Positions 52,160 to 62,830 are shown, counted from the stretch's first letter. The stretch is DNA of 64,000 nt from an uncultured Gemmatimonadales bacterium (GCA_963823035.1 CAWGKG010000018.1:32001-96000); one strand, 5' to 3'. The notes: generated from the sequence alone by a model not told the origin. Numbers and translations: made by a program.

Positions 52160-53227
52160 GCGCGCCGCGCGCCGGGAACACCGGGGGCGGGCCGGACCGC
52201 GGGCGAGGCCCCCTGGAGACGCCGCTCACGCGCGACGCCGGCATCGAGGTCCCCCTCATCTGCGGGGCCATGTACCCCTGCTCGAACCCCGAGCTGGTCG
52301 CCGCCGTGTCCGAGGCGGGCGGGATCGGCATCGTGCAGCCCGTCTCGCTGACCTACGTCCACGGGTGGGACTTCCGCGAAGGGCTGCGCCACATCGCCGG
52401 CCTCACCACGCCGTCCCGTCGGGATGAACGCCCTCATCGAGTCTTCGTCCCGGGCATACCACGAGCGGATGGTGCGGTGGGTGTCGGAAGCGCTCGAGGA
52501 GGGCGTGCGCTTCTTCGTCACCTCGCTGGGCAAGCCCCGCTGGGTGGTCGACCGGGTCGAGGGAGCGGGTGGGGTGGTCTACCACGACGTCACCGAGCGG
52601 AAGTGGGCGCTCAAGGCCCGCGACTCGGGCGTGCACGGGCTCGTCGCCGTCAACCGGCGCGCCGGGGGCCACGCCGGCCCCCTCGGCATCGACGAGCTGC
52701 TCGACGAGCTGGGCGATCTGGGCCTCCCTGTGGTGTGCGCGGGCGGCGTGGGCGAGCCCGCCGAGTTCGCGCACGCCCTCGGGCTCGGCTACGCCGGCGT
52801 CCAGATGGGCACGCGCTTCATCGCCACGCCGGAGTGCCGCGCCTCCACGCCGTACAAGCAGGCGATCCTCGACGCCGAGGAGGAGGACATCGTCCTCACC
52901 GAGCGCCTCACCGGCGTGCCGGTCGCCGTGATCGCGACGCCGTACGTGCGCCGGATGGGGCTACGCGCCGGCCCGCTCGCCCGCTGGATGCTCCGCGGCC
53001 GGCGCACCAAGCGTTGGATGCGCACGATCTACGCGCTCGCCTCGGCCTGGCGGCTCAAGCGTGCCTCGCTCGACGAGCGCGGAGCGACCGAGTACTGGCA
53101 GGCGGGGCGCTCGGTCGCCGGGATCCACGAGATCCTTCCGGCAGGCGACGTCGTGCGCCGCTGCGCCGAAGCCGCCCTCGAGGCGAACCCCCGATCCCCC
53201 GAACCTCCCCACCCGGAGTCACGATGA
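52156..53227 (+). CDS. Nitronate monooxygenase family (frameshift near 52410)
   Basis: PLICGAM..ELVAAVSEAGGIG, AGGH, AGG, GVQMGTRF, AGRSV. Confidence 0.88.
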
Positions 53228-54147
53228 GCCGTCCGTCCTGCCCTGCGCGCCTCGCCGCCCCCCTCCTCACGGTCGCCGCGGCGATCGCCTGCGTCGCGCC
53301 GTCCGCGCGCGCCCAGGAAGGACTCAAGGTCTACATCTCCGCCGACATGGAGGGGGTGGTCGGCACGGTCACCTCGGACCAGCTCGGGCCGGACGGGTTC
53401 GAGTACGAGCGCTTCCGTGAGATCATGACGGCCGAGGTGAACGCGGCCATCGACGCCGCACGCGAGGCCGGCGCGACCACGATCCTGGTGAGCGACTCGC
53501 ACGGAAACGGCGAGAACCTCCTCATGGAGCGGTTGCCCCAGGACATCGAGCTGGTGCGCTCCTGGCCGCGTCCGCTCGGCATGATGGAGGGGATCGACGA
53601 GACGTTCGACGCCGTGATCTTCATCGGCTACCACGCGAGCACGGCGAACCCGCGCGGGGTACGCGCGCACACGATGTCGAGCGCGAACCTGACGGCGCTG
53701 CGCCTGAACGGACGGGACATGCCGGAGGCGGGGGTGAGCGCCGCCATCGCCGGGCACTTCGGCGTCCCGGTGGTCATGCTCTCCGGAGACGACGCGATCG
53801 CCGAAGAGGCGCGCGGGATCCTCGGCGACCTGGAGACGGCGGTCACCAAGCACACGCTCGGCTTCCACTCGGCGCGCACGCTCATGCCGGAGGCGTCCTA
53901 CGCGCTCATCCACGACAAGGTGCGGGCCGCCCTCGGCCGCCTGGGCGACTTCCGTCCCTTCCGCCTCGAAGGGCCCATCTCGCTCGACATCTCCTTCAAG
54001 AACTACATGCCTGCGGAGGTGGCCGCCTACCTCCCCGAGGTGGAACGCGTGGACTCGCACACGATCCGCTACGTCGGCGCGGACATGGTCGCCGTGTCGA
54101 AGTTCATCGAGTTCGTGACCACCTACAGCGTCGATCTGACGCCCTGA
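53224..54147 (+). CDS. M55 family D-aminopeptidase (DppA-like) with signal peptide
   Basis: YISADMEG, DSHG, GYHA, HT, SGD. Confidence 0.92.
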   Translation: MSRPSCPARLAAPLLTVAAAIACVAPSARAQEGLKVYISADMEGVVGTVTSDQLGPDGFEYERFREIMTAEVNAAIDAAREAGATTILVSDSHGNGENLLMERLPQDIELVRSWPRPLGMMEGIDETFDAVIFIGYHASTANPRGVRAHTMSSANLTALRLNGRDMPEAGVSAAIAGHFGVPVVMLSGDDAIAEEARGILGDLETAVTKHTLGFHSARTLMPEASYALIHDKVRAALGRLGDFRPFRLEGPISLDISFKNYMPAEVAAYLPEVERVDSHTIRYVGADMVAVSKFIEFVTTYSVDLTP

Positions 54148-54175
54148 GGGACGCCCGCGGATTCCGACCGGAGCG

Positions 54176-54400
54176 CTACTCCTCGTTCCCCGCGTCACCG
54201 AGCGCCGGATAGCGCCAGGCGACGATCGCGACGACCGGCACGCCGAGCACGAGCGCGACGCGGGCGAGCCGGCCGAAGAGGGCCGGAAGGAGGAGGAGGC
54301 GCTGGATGGCGGGAAGCGCCCAGACCAGGAGCGCGGCCAGAACCAGGTACGACGCGAGCGTGATCGCCACGCGGCGCAGGGCGGCGCGGCGCTCGCTCAT
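54176..54400 (-). CDS. Small two-TM membrane protein
   Basis: 74 aa, two hydrophobic helices, ATGA overlap with the upstream gene. Confidence 0.65.
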   Translation of the reverse strand: MSERRAALRRVAITLASYLVLAALLVWALPAIQRLLLLPALFGRLARVALVLGVPVVAIVAWRYPALGDAGNEE

Positions 54401-55338
54401 CCGCCGCCGAGGCCGGCCAGGAAGGCGGAGACGGCCGAAGCGAGCCCCTGCGGGTCCTCGATGAAGGGGAAATGGCCGCTGTCGAGCGCGACGAAACGGC
54501 CCTGCGGCAAGGCCGCGGCCAGCGCCTGCGCCATGGCCAGGGGCGCAGGTTCGTAGCGACCATGCAGGACCAGCGCCGGCATCCCGAGCTCACCGAGCCA
54601 GCTCCATGCGTCGAAGCCCGCCATCGACGCTCCGAGCAGGCGGGCCACGTCCTGGCCGTTCTTGGCGGTGCGCTCCGAGAGGTCGAGGTGCAGCTCGCTC
54701 ACGCGGTCCGCCGTGCGCATGGTGCTGCGGAACGCGGTCCGGTAGATCCGGCTCATCGTGTCCCGGTCCCGCTCCGCGAAGCCCGTGGAGGCCGTGAGCG
54801 CCGCGAGCGTCGCCGAATCCTCGGGCGTGCGCGCGGCCGCCTGCCGCCGCGCCGTCTCCTCGGCCCACCGGCTGCCCGGCTCGGAGGAGTCGAGGAGGAT
54901 GAGCGCCCGCGTCGCCTCCGGGTGCGCCCGCGCATAGGCCAGCGCCAGGAGACCTCCGAAGGAATGGCCGAGCACGGTGATCCGCTCGTAGCCGAGCACC
55001 TGGCGGAGGTCGTCGATGTCCTGGACGAAAGCGTCCAGGTTGATGGTCTCCGGGCGGAGCGGTACGTCCGAGCGGCCGGTGCCACGCTGGTCGTAGTAGA
55101 CGAGCGCATGGGAGGCCGCCAGCACGTCGAGCCCCGGGCGCAGGTAGCCGTGGTCGAGCCCTGGACCGCCGTGCACCACGACGATGGGGTCTCCCGTGCC
55201 GACGACCTCGTAGAAGAGCCGCCCTTCCGACAGGCTCAGCAACCCCTGACGCGCCTGGGCGCCGGCGGCGCGCGGCCCCGCGGCCGTGAGGGCGGCCACG
55301 CCGAGCACGGCCCACCACCGGGTCGGAGCCGTCCTCAT
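54397..55338 (-). CDS. Alpha/beta hydrolase (proline iminopeptidase-like), exported
   Basis: HGGPG, YDQRGTG, GHSFGG, SGHFP. Confidence 0.9.
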   Translation of the reverse strand: MRTAPTRWWAVLGVAALTAAGPRAAGAQARQGLLSLSEGRLFYEVVGTGDPIVVVHGGPGLDHGYLRPGLDVLAASHALVYYDQRGTGRSDVPLRPETINLDAFVQDIDDLRQVLGYERITVLGHSFGGLLALAYARAHPEATRALILLDSSEPGSRWAEETARRQAAARTPEDSATLAALTASTGFAERDRDTMSRIYRTAFRSTMRTADRVSELHLDLSERTAKNGQDVARLLGASMAGFDAWSWLGELGMPALVLHGRYEPAPLAMAQALAAALPQGRFVALDSGHFPFIEDPQGLASAVSAFLAGLGGG

Positions 55339-55784
55339 CGCCCGAACTTCCCCGCGATGATCCGCGCAGCGGCCGCCTCGTGGCGGTGGAAGCTCACGAT
55401 CAGCGCGGTGCCGGAGAGGAGCGCGTTGGCCACGGTCATCCCCGAGAACCCGGTCTGCACCGGTGCGCCGGAGAGGAGCGCGTCCGGGAGCGACCAGATC
55501 GGCAGAAGGATCGCGACGAAGAGGAGGAGGAGGTTCACGGTGCTCTCCGTGATGCCCACGAAGGGAGTGACCTCCGGACGGGCGCGACAGAGGATGCCCA
55601 GTGCGAAGACGATCGCGTAGTACGCCAGCCGGTAGGCGGGGTCGCTCAAGCCGGCCACGCGGACCGGCGCGTGGAACACCAGGTCCGCGATCGCGAAGGC
55701 GGGCGTGACCAGGTAGTAGGCGGCAATCAGGTTGACGGAGCGACGGCGCACGGCTGTTCCGGAGCGTGGGGGGCCGCCGGGCAC
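55335..55784 (-). CDS. Hypothetical membrane protein (start uncertain)
   Basis: Four hydrophobic segments; operonic overlap with the next gene. Confidence 0.6.
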   Translation of the reverse strand: MPGGPPRSGTAVRRRSVNLIAAYYLVTPAFAIADLVFHAPVRVAGLSDPAYRLAYYAIVFALGILCRARPEVTPFVGITESTVNLLLLFVAILLPIWSLPDALLSGAPVQTGFSGMTVANALLSGTALIVSFHRHEAAAARIIAGKFGR

Positions 55785-55826
55785 CTGCCCGGCGGCCCCG
55801 AACCTCTCATCTCGAGCCCCTGAATG

Positions 55827-58800
55827 CTACGTCGCGTCCGGGCGTGGTGACAAACCGCCCGGCAGGATCGGACGGCCTTCCCGTGTCCGCCGCACACCCA
55901 CGGGCTCGGGCGTGGGCGTCGGCGACGGCCGGTACCCGCCCTGGGCGTCGGCCTCCTCGTCGTCCGTCGGCGCACCCTGCCCCGGCTCACCCCCGCCGCG
56001 CGCGAAGTGCTTCGTGAAGAAGTGGGTGAAGTCGTCGACCAGCGAGTACATGACCGGCACCAGCACGAGCGTCAGGAACGTCGCGAACAGGATGCCGACG
56101 ATCACCGCAACCGCCATCGGACCCCACCACGCGGCCTGCTCGCCACCCCAGAAGATGTCGGGGTTGAGCGAGCGGTACAGGCCGAAGAAGTCGAAGTTGA
56201 GCCCCACGGCGAGCGGCACCAACCCGAGCGCGGTCGTCGTGGCCGTCAGGATCACCGGCCGGAAGCGTGTCTTCCCGCCCTGCACCAGCGCCTCGCGCCG
56301 GTTCATTCCGTCGCGGTCGCGCAGCACGTCGATGTAGTCGATCAGGATGATCGCGTTGTTCACGACGATGCCCGCGAGCGAGATCAGGCCCACGCCCGAC
56401 ATGATGATCCCGAACGGCATCTGGAAGATCATCAGGCCCATGAGCACGCCCACCGTGGACATGATCACCGACGTCATGATGATCAGCGGCTTCACCACGG
56501 AGTTGAACTGGCTGATCAGGATGAAGCAGATCAGCAGCAGCGCCGTGAGGAACGCGCCGCCCAGGAACGCCTGGGCCTCGGCCTGGTCCTCGGACTGCCC
56601 CGTGTAGCGCAGGGTGTAGCCCGGGGGCAGGTGCTGCGAGAAATCGTGCAGCGTGGTCTGGACCTCGGCCAACACGGCGTTGGAGTTCAGCCCGGCCGCC
56701 ACGTCCGAGGTGATGGTGGCCATGCGCGTCTGGTCCTTCCGGCGGATGGAGCCGTAGCCCTCCTCCACCGACCACGTCGCCACCGAGGAGAGCGGCACCT
56801 GGATGCCGCCCTCGGCCATCACGGTCAGGTCGCGCAGCCCCTCGAGGTCCTGACGATCACGCTCCGCGAGCCGGACCACGATGTCGTATTCGTCGTTGCC
56901 GGTGCGGTACTTCGCCGCTTCGACGCCGTTGATCGCGCTGCGGATCGCGCCACCCACCTTCGAGGTGTTGAGGTCGTAGAGCGCGGCCTTCTCGCGGTCG
57001 ACGTGCACGGCCAACTCGGAGCGGGCCTCGTCGAGGTCGCTCTCCAGCCCGACGAGCTTGCGATAGACCGGGGCGTTCCGGAGGATGTTCAGCACCTCGT
57101 CCGACAGCGACTTGAGCTGGTCGGGGTCCTCACCCACGATCTCGACGTTGACCGGCGCGCCCTGAGGCGCGCCCTCGTTGGGCTTGTCCACCGAGATCGT
57201 CGCGCCGGCCAGGTTCCGGCCGATGTCGTCCTGCATCTGGGCGAGCGTCGCGAAGGCGTCCCGCTTCCGGTCCTGGAAGTCCACGAGGCTGATCGTGACG
57301 CGGCCGGCCGCCGGGCCCGTGGGCCCCTGGTCCATGAAGTTGCCGCCGCCGCCGCCGCCGACCGTGGCCACCACGGACTCCCAGTCCTCGCGGCCGTCGA
57401 TCTCCGTGTTGAGCTGCTGCTCGATGCTCCGGACGAGGGTGTCCGTGAACGCCGCCCGGGTGCCGACGGGCGCCTCGACGTTCACCATGAGCTGCTGCGG
57501 AGGCATGTCCTCGGGGAAGAACACGATCCCCGAGTTGAACATGCCGAAAGCGAGGATCGTCACGACGAAGATGCCGGCCGTGCCTGCCAGGATGACGAGG
57601 CGGTGGTCCAGCGCCCAGCGCAGCTGGCCTTCGTAGACGCTCGATGATCGCCGGCAGCGAAGCGCTCCTGGAACCGGCGCGCGGCGCCCGCGAGCACGTA
57701 CTTCTGCAGCGCCCACAGCCCGACCGCCGTCCCCGCCAGCAGCACGGCCGAGAGCGGGTTCATCCCCGCCACCACCAGGAAGGCCAGCCCGGCCGCACCC
57801 ATGAGCGCCCAGCGCGCCGCCGGACGCAGAGGTCGCGGGGGCGTACCGTCGAGCTTCATGAACATCGCGCACAGCGTCGGCACGACGATGAGCGCCACGA
57901 AGAGCGAGCTCGACAGCGTCACGATGAGCGTGAGCGGGAGGTACTTCATGAACTCGCCCGTCTCGCCCGGCCAGAACATCAGCGGCGCGAAGGCCGCCAG
58001 CGTGGTTGCGGTGGACGCGATCACCGGGATCGCCACCTCCCCCGTGGCCTTCTTGGCCGCGAGGGTGCGGTCCCATCCCTCCTCCAGGTAGCGGTAGATG
58101 TTCTCGACCACCACGATCGCGTTGTCGACCAGCATCCCCAGCGCGAGGATGAGGCTGAACAGCACGACCATGTTCATCGACACGCCCTGCAGCTTCAGGA
58201 TGATGAAGCTCAAGAGCATGGACGCCGGAATCGAGATCCCGACGAACATCGAGTTCGACACGCCGAGGAAGAAGAGCAGCACGCCGACGATCAGGATGAG
58301 CCCGGAGAGGATGTTGTTCTCGAGGCTCGACACCATCTTCTCGATCTGGTCGGACATGTCGCCCGTGACGCTCACCTGCGTCGTGGGCGGGAAGAGCGGA
58401 CGCATCTCGTCGATGGCCGCGCGCACCGCGTTGGCCGTCTCGATGATGTTCTCCCCCGACCGCTTCACGATCTCGAGCGTGACGACCTCGGCTGCCGTTC
58501 ATGCGCGCGTAGCTGTCGCGCTCGGCGAAGCCGAAGTCCACGTTCGCCACGTCCCGCACGTAGATCGGTCGCCCACCCTCGATCTTGACGACCAGGTCCT
58601 CGATGAGCGTCGGGTCCTCGAACTCCCCGTCGACGCGCACCAGGTATTTGCTGTCGCCTACGTCGATCGAGCCGCCCGGGATGTTCACGTTCTCGTTGCG
58701 CACGGCGTCGACGACGTCCTGCATCCCGAGGCCGTAGAACTTCAACTTGGCCAGGTCGACGTCGACCTTCACCTCGCGCTCGAGGCCACCGCGCACGTCG

Positions 58801-59399
58801 GCGCGCAGCACCGACGGGATCTGCTCGAAGCGGTCCTGGAGATCCTCCGCCAGGTCCTTGAGGCGCACGAGGCCGTACTCCCCCGAGAGGTTCACCGACA
58901 TGATCGGGATCTCGGAGAAGTTGAACTCCGCGATGGACGGCTCCTCCGCGTCCTCGGGCAGATCCGGCTTCGCCAGATCGACCTTCTCGCGGACCTTCTG
59001 CAGCGCGTCCTCGAGGTCCACGGTCGTCTTGAACTGGGCCAGGATGCTCGAGTAGCCCTCCACCGAGGTGGAGGTGAGCTCGTCGAGCTCCGAGATCGTG
59101 GACAGCTCGTCCTCGATCTGGCGCGTGATGAGGGTCTCCACGTCCTTCGGCGACACGCCCGGATACATGGTGTTCACCGCGATCATCGGGATCGCGATCT
59201 CCGGGAACGACTCCTTCGGCGTCGACTGGTACGAGAGCGCGCCCATCACGACGATGATCGCCAGCAGCACCATCACGCTCGTGCGGTGCTCCACGGCGAA
59301 GCTCGTCGCGCGGAACTCCTTGAAGCGCTCCAGGAAGCGGGGCGCCCGTCCCTCCTCGCTCGGGTCGCCCTTCGACGGGCGTCCGTTGTGCTCGCTCAT
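55827..59399 (-). CDS. RND efflux permease (AcrB/AcrD/AcrF family; compensating frameshifts near 58490 and 57650)
   Basis: YPGVSP, GMLVDNAIVVVENI, GIVVNNAIILID, RFRPVILT. Confidence 0.93.
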   Translation of the reverse strand: MSEHNGRPSKGDPSEEGRAPRFLERFKEFRATSFAVEHRTSVMVLLAIIVVMGALSYQSTPKESFPEIAIPMIAVNTMYPGVSPKDVETLITRQIEDELSTISELDELTSTSVEGYSSILAQFKTTVDLEDALQKVREKVDLAKPDLPEDAEEPSIAEFNFSEIPIMSVNLSGEYGLVRLKDLAEDLQDRFEQIPSVLRADVRGGLEREVKVDVDLAKLKFYGLGMQDVVDAVRNENVNIPGGSIDVGDSKYLVRVDGEFEDPTLIEDLVVKIEGGRPIYVRDVANVDFGFAERDSYARMNGSRGRHARDREAVGGEHHRDGQRGARGHRRDASALPAHDAGERHGRHVRPDREDGVEPREQHPLRAHPDRRRAALLPRRVELDVRRDLDSGVHALELHHPEAAGRVDEHGRAVQPHPRAGDAGRQRDRGGREHLPLPGGGMGPHPRGQEGHGGGGDPGDRVHRNHAGGLRAADVLAGRDGRVHEVPPAHAHRDAVELALRGAHRRADAVRDVHEARRYAPATSASGGALGAHGCGRAGLPGGGGDEPALGRAAGGDGGRAVGAAEVRARGRRAPVPGALRCRRSSSVYEGQLRWALDHRLVILAGTAGIFVVTILAFGMFNSGIVFFPEDMPPQQLMVNVEAPVGTRAAFTDTLVRSIEQQLNTEIDGREDWESVVATVGGGGGGNFMDQGPTGPAAGRVTISLVDFQDRKRDAFATLAQMQDDIGRNLAGATISVDKPNEGAPQGAPVNVEIVGEDPDQLKSLSDEVLNILRNAPVYRKLVGLESDLDEARSELAVHVDREKAALYDLNTSKVGGAIRSAINGVEAAKYRTGNDEYDIVVRLAERDRQDLEGLRDLTVMAEGGIQVPLSSVATWSVEEGYGSIRRKDQTRMATITSDVAAGLNSNAVLAEVQTTLHDFSQHLPPGYTLRYTGQSEDQAEAQAFLGGAFLTALLLICFILISQFNSVVKPLIIMTSVIMSTVGVLMGLMIFQMPFGIIMSGVGLISLAGIVVNNAIILIDYIDVLRDRDGMNRREALVQGGKTRFRPVILTATTTALGLVPLAVGLNFDFFGLYRSLNPDIFWGGEQAAWWGPMAVAVIVGILFATFLTLVLVPVMYSLVDDFTHFFTKHFARGGGEPGQGAPTDDEEADAQGGYRPSPTPTPEPVGVRRTREGRPILPGGLSPRPDAT

Positions 59400-59421
59400 C
59401 TTCCTCTCCCCTCGCCCGGGC

Positions 59422-60519
59422 TCACCGATTTCCCACCACGTTGACGCGATCCCCGTCGGCCACCGACTTCTGACCGACCACGATCAGCATGTCGCCGGCC
59501 TGCACGCCGGACTCCACCACCGCCATGTTGCGCTGGCTCGGTCCCAGCGTCACCGGCCGTACCTCCGCGACCGTGCCCTGTCCCCGGTTCGCGACCACGA
59601 AGACGACATAGCCGTTCTCGACCCGCACGAGCGCGTCCTGCGGAACCACCACCGCGTCCTTCAGGTCGCGGCGGGCCACCGAGACGTTCGCGACCATCTC
59701 CGGCTTGATGAGCCCCTTCGGGTTCTGCAGCACCACCTCGACGGGGAACGTCCGGTTCTGCGAGTTCACCGTCGAGCCGACGTATCCGATCGGCGCCTTG
59801 AACAGCTCGCCGGGGAAGACGTCGAAGGTGATCCGGGCCACCGCGCCCTTGTGGACGTCCGCCGCGAAGCGCTCGGGCACTCCGGCCGTGACCTTGACCG
59901 GATTCAGGTCCACCACGCGCGCCACCACCATGCCGGGCGAGACCATCGAGCCGACCTCGACCATGCGCTCGTCGAGCACGCCGTCGAACGGCGCACGGAT
60001 GGTCGTGCGCGCCAGTCGGTTCTCCAGCCCCTTCAGGTTCGCCGCGGTCTGCTCGGCGGCGAACTTCGCCTCGAGGTACGCGATCTCGGAGCCTACCTGG
60101 TCCTCCTCGTAGAGCCGCTTGCGACGGTCCCACGTCTGCGAGGCAAGCTCCGCCTGGGCGCGCGCCTGGTCGACCTGGGCCGAGAGGAGCCCGTCGTCGA
60201 TCTTGACGATGGCTTCACCGGCGCGCACGTGGGCGCCCTTGTCCACGAAGATCTCGCGGATCTTGCCGCTCTCCTCCGCCGACACCTGCACGTCCTGGTT
60301 GGCGCGCACGGAGGCGGTCAGCTGGATCTCGTCGACGAACGGGCGTGACTGGATCTCCGTGACCTCCACGTTGATCACACGAACGAACTCGGCCGCGCTC
60401 GTGTCCTCCGCGTCGGCCTCCCTGTTCCCGCATCCCGCGACGGCCCCGGCCAGGGCCAGGACCAGCGCTCCCCGCATCCACCGTGCGTTCATCGTCCTCG
60501 TCTCCACGATCGTCTCCAT
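59422..60519 (-). CDS. RND periplasmic adaptor lipoprotein
   Basis: Lipobox VAGC, IRAPFDG, RTF, VVVP. Confidence 0.92.
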   Translation of the reverse strand: METIVETRTMNARWMRGALVLALAGAVAGCGNREADAEDTSAAEFVRVINVEVTEIQSRPFVDEIQLTASVRANQDVQVSAEESGKIREIFVDKGAHVRAGEAIVKIDDGLLSAQVDQARAQAELASQTWDRRKRLYEEDQVGSEIAYLEAKFAAEQTAANLKGLENRLARTTIRAPFDGVLDERMVEVGSMVSPGMVVARVVDLNPVKVTAGVPERFAADVHKGAVARITFDVFPGELFKAPIGYVGSTVNSQNRTFPVEVVLQNPKGLIKPEMVANVSVARRDLKDAVVVPQDALVRVENGYVVFVVANRGQGTVAEVRPVTLGPSQRNMAVVESGVQAGDMLIVVGQKSVADGDRVNVVGNR

Positions 60520-60525
60520 CGTCTA

Positions 60526-62037
60526 TCAGAAGCCTTCGGCCGCGTCGCGCGCGCCGGTGTCCACCATCGGCACCTGCCCGGTCGCTTCGTCGAGCCGGGC
60601 CCGCGCGACCAGGTAGTCGTAGACGGCCTGGGCGTAGTTGAACTCGCTCTGGCGCAGCGCGACCTCGGCGTCCGTCAACTCCAACTGGCTCCCCAGGCCC
60701 TCGCGGTACTGCGCGCTCGCGATGTCGAATCCCCTGTGTGCCTGTTGGACGGCCAGCTTCTGACCGCGGGCGCGCAGCAGGGCTTCGTCGGACTGCTCCA
60801 CCAGGTTCTCCACCTGCAGGCGGGCCTGGTCCGTGGCCAGGCGTGTCTGCGTCTCGGCCTGGCGCAGGGCCGCTCGCTTCTGGTCGATACGCGCGTCACG
60901 TCGGAAGCCCGTGAAGATCGGCACGCTGACGCGAACACCCACGTTTCGTCCGTAGGCCCGCTGTCCGTCGCCGCGGCCGAAGAAGTTCGGGCTGCCGTTG
61001 TCCTGCGCGTTGATGACGTAGTTGCCGAAGAAGGTGACGCGGGGCAGGTACTCCACCTGCTCCAGCCGCATCTCCGTCTTGCGCAGCGACTCCGTCAGCT
61101 GCAGTTGGCGCAGATCCGAACGCAGATCCTGGGCCATCTGGACGGCCCGGTCGACCTCCGAGGTCTGCGCGCCGGCGAATCCCGTGAACGCGAGGACTTC
61201 GCGGTTCGCCGGGTCGTTGGCGGAGAGATCGTCCAGGTTCATGTCCGCCAGCGACCCCTCGACCGCCAACGCGCCGTCCGTGGGGAGGTCCAGCTCCACC
61301 ACGAGCTGTCGGCGTGCCGAGTGTACGGCGTTCTCCGCGCGCCTGAGGTTGGGCTCGAGGTTGGCCAGCTCCACCTCCAGGCGCAGCACGTCGTAGTCGG
61401 AGTTGAGGCCCGCCTCGTTGAGCGCCTTGGTCTCCTTGAGCGACTCCCGCACGCGACGCACCGAGTTCTCCGTCAGCCGGAGCTGCTCCTGCTGCAGGAG
61501 GAGCTGGTAGTACGCGAGGCGGACGCGCGTGACCACGCCCTGCGTCACGCCGCGCACCATCTCCTCCTGGAGGCTCTCGTAGCGGCCGGCCGCGCCGACG
61601 CCGATGAACGCCGCCGCCGAGAAGAGCGGCTGCTCCAGCGCGACGGTCGAGTTCCACTGGTTGTCCGCGCCGAACTGCACGCCGATGTACTCGTCCGGCC
61701 CCGCGGTCGGGTCGATGAATGCCTTCGGCAGAAACGTCAGCGTGGGCGACACGTTGCGCGTGTAGCTCGCGTTGAAGTCCAGCGACGGGTAGACGTTGCT
61801 CCACGCCTCGGAGACGCGCTCGTTCGCCTCGTCGAGCGCGAGCCGCGCCACCTGGACGTCGCGGTTCTGCTCGATGGCGGTGCGCACCGCCTGCCGCAGC
61901 GAGAGCGTGGTGGTCTCCTGGCCGTGCAGCGCCTCGACCGTCGCGACGGTCAGCGCCAGGAGCACCGCTCCCGCCACCGCCGCCGCCCTCTTCCATGATC
62001 CCAGTCCCCACAGGTCCCGGGGTTCGTTGTTCGTCAT
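60526..62037 (-). CDS. TolC-family outer membrane protein
   Basis: LSLRQAV, OEP repeats, YREG..LELTDAE. Confidence 0.92.
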   Translation of the reverse strand: MTNNEPRDLWGLGSWKRAAAVAGAVLLALTVATVEALHGQETTTLSLRQAVRTAIEQNRDVQVARLALDEANERVSEAWSNVYPSLDFNASYTRNVSPTLTFLPKAFIDPTAGPDEYIGVQFGADNQWNSTVALEQPLFSAAAFIGVGAAGRYESLQEEMVRGVTQGVVTRVRLAYYQLLLQQEQLRLTENSVRRVRESLKETKALNEAGLNSDYDVLRLEVELANLEPNLRRAENAVHSARRQLVVELDLPTDGALAVEGSLADMNLDDLSANDPANREVLAFTGFAGAQTSEVDRAVQMAQDLRSDLRQLQLTESLRKTEMRLEQVEYLPRVTFFGNYVINAQDNGSPNFFGRGDGQRAYGRNVGVRVSVPIFTGFRRDARIDQKRAALRQAETQTRLATDQARLQVENLVEQSDEALLRARGQKLAVQQAHRGFDIASAQYREGLGSQLELTDAEVALRQSEFNYAQAVYDYLVARARLDEATGQVPMVDTGARDAAEGF

Positions 62038-62060
62038 CCCTTCCTCGTCCCTTCTCCGGA

Positions 62061-62703
62061 CTATCCCTGAACGCCCGCTGGCCGGGCCCACTCGGGTTCC
62101 TCGGCGAGCTCGGCGGCGAACTCCTCGGCTGCGATCCCCATCAGCATCACGACGCTGGAGGCGTGGAACTGCTTGCGGAACGTCTCCTGGTCGATGCGGA
62201 AGTGCCCGTGATGGAAAAGCGAAACCAACCCATGCGCGTGCGCCCACATGGTGAGGGACATCTGGACGGGATCCCCGGCCTTCAGAATCCCCTCGTCCAT
62301 GCATTCGCGGACGCGGTCCACCCAGAACTGATGCAGCGCACACCCCATCGCCTCGATGTCCTCGGGCAGCTCCGCCATGCCCATGTGCTCCGGGGAGATG
62401 AAGAGGAGCTGGTACCAGCGCGGGTGCTGCAGAGCGAAATCCAGGTACCCTTCCCCGGCCCGGCGGAACCGCTCGAGGGCCGTCCTGGCTTCGAGCGCCC
62501 GATAGAGATAGGCGGTGAATTCGTGATGAGCCTCGCGGAGGATGTCCGCGATCGACGTGCTCCTTGTTCTCGTAATGCCGGTACAGGGCCGGCGCCGTGA
62601 CGCCCACCTGCCTGGCGAGCTTCCGCATGGAAAAGCCGTCGAGCCCCTCCGAGAGGTAGAGGTCGCAGGCACAGGCCAGAATCCTATCTCGTTGTTCCGA
62701 CAT
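62061..62703 (-). CDS. TetR/AcrR regulator with WHG C-terminal domain (frameshift near 62555)
   Basis: SMRKLARQVGVTAPALYRHY HTH; WAHAHG. Confidence 0.9.
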
Positions 62704-62704
62704 G

Positions 62705-62773
62705 GTGAACACTGTAAACAAGGTTGGAGATCCGGTCAATGGCCACGGGCGTCAAGCGTGTAACGGTGTTTAG
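62705..62773 (-). promoter_or_regulatory. sigma70 promoter plus two putative TetR operators
   Basis: TTGACC (62739-62734), 17 nt spacer, TACAGT (62716-62711); related pseudo-palindromes GTGAACACTGTAAAC (62705-62719) and TGTAACGGTGTTTAG (62759-62773). Confidence 0.65.
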
Positions 62774-62830
62774 CACCAAAACGTGCTTGCCGGTCTCACC
62801 CTGGGTTACAGGAGAACTGCCGGAAGGGGC

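Noticed and set aside
17954..62703. Frameshifts in tatD, secF, secD, both HEAT genes, the kinase, the TonB receptor, a permease, the MFP, murB, the nitronate monooxygenase, RND and tetR, read as pseudogenes or programmed frameshifting
   Set aside because: They are scattered single-base indels, some in G/C runs, in otherwise intact genes including core ones, with no in-frame stops. This is typical of long-read consensus error; read polishing would decide.
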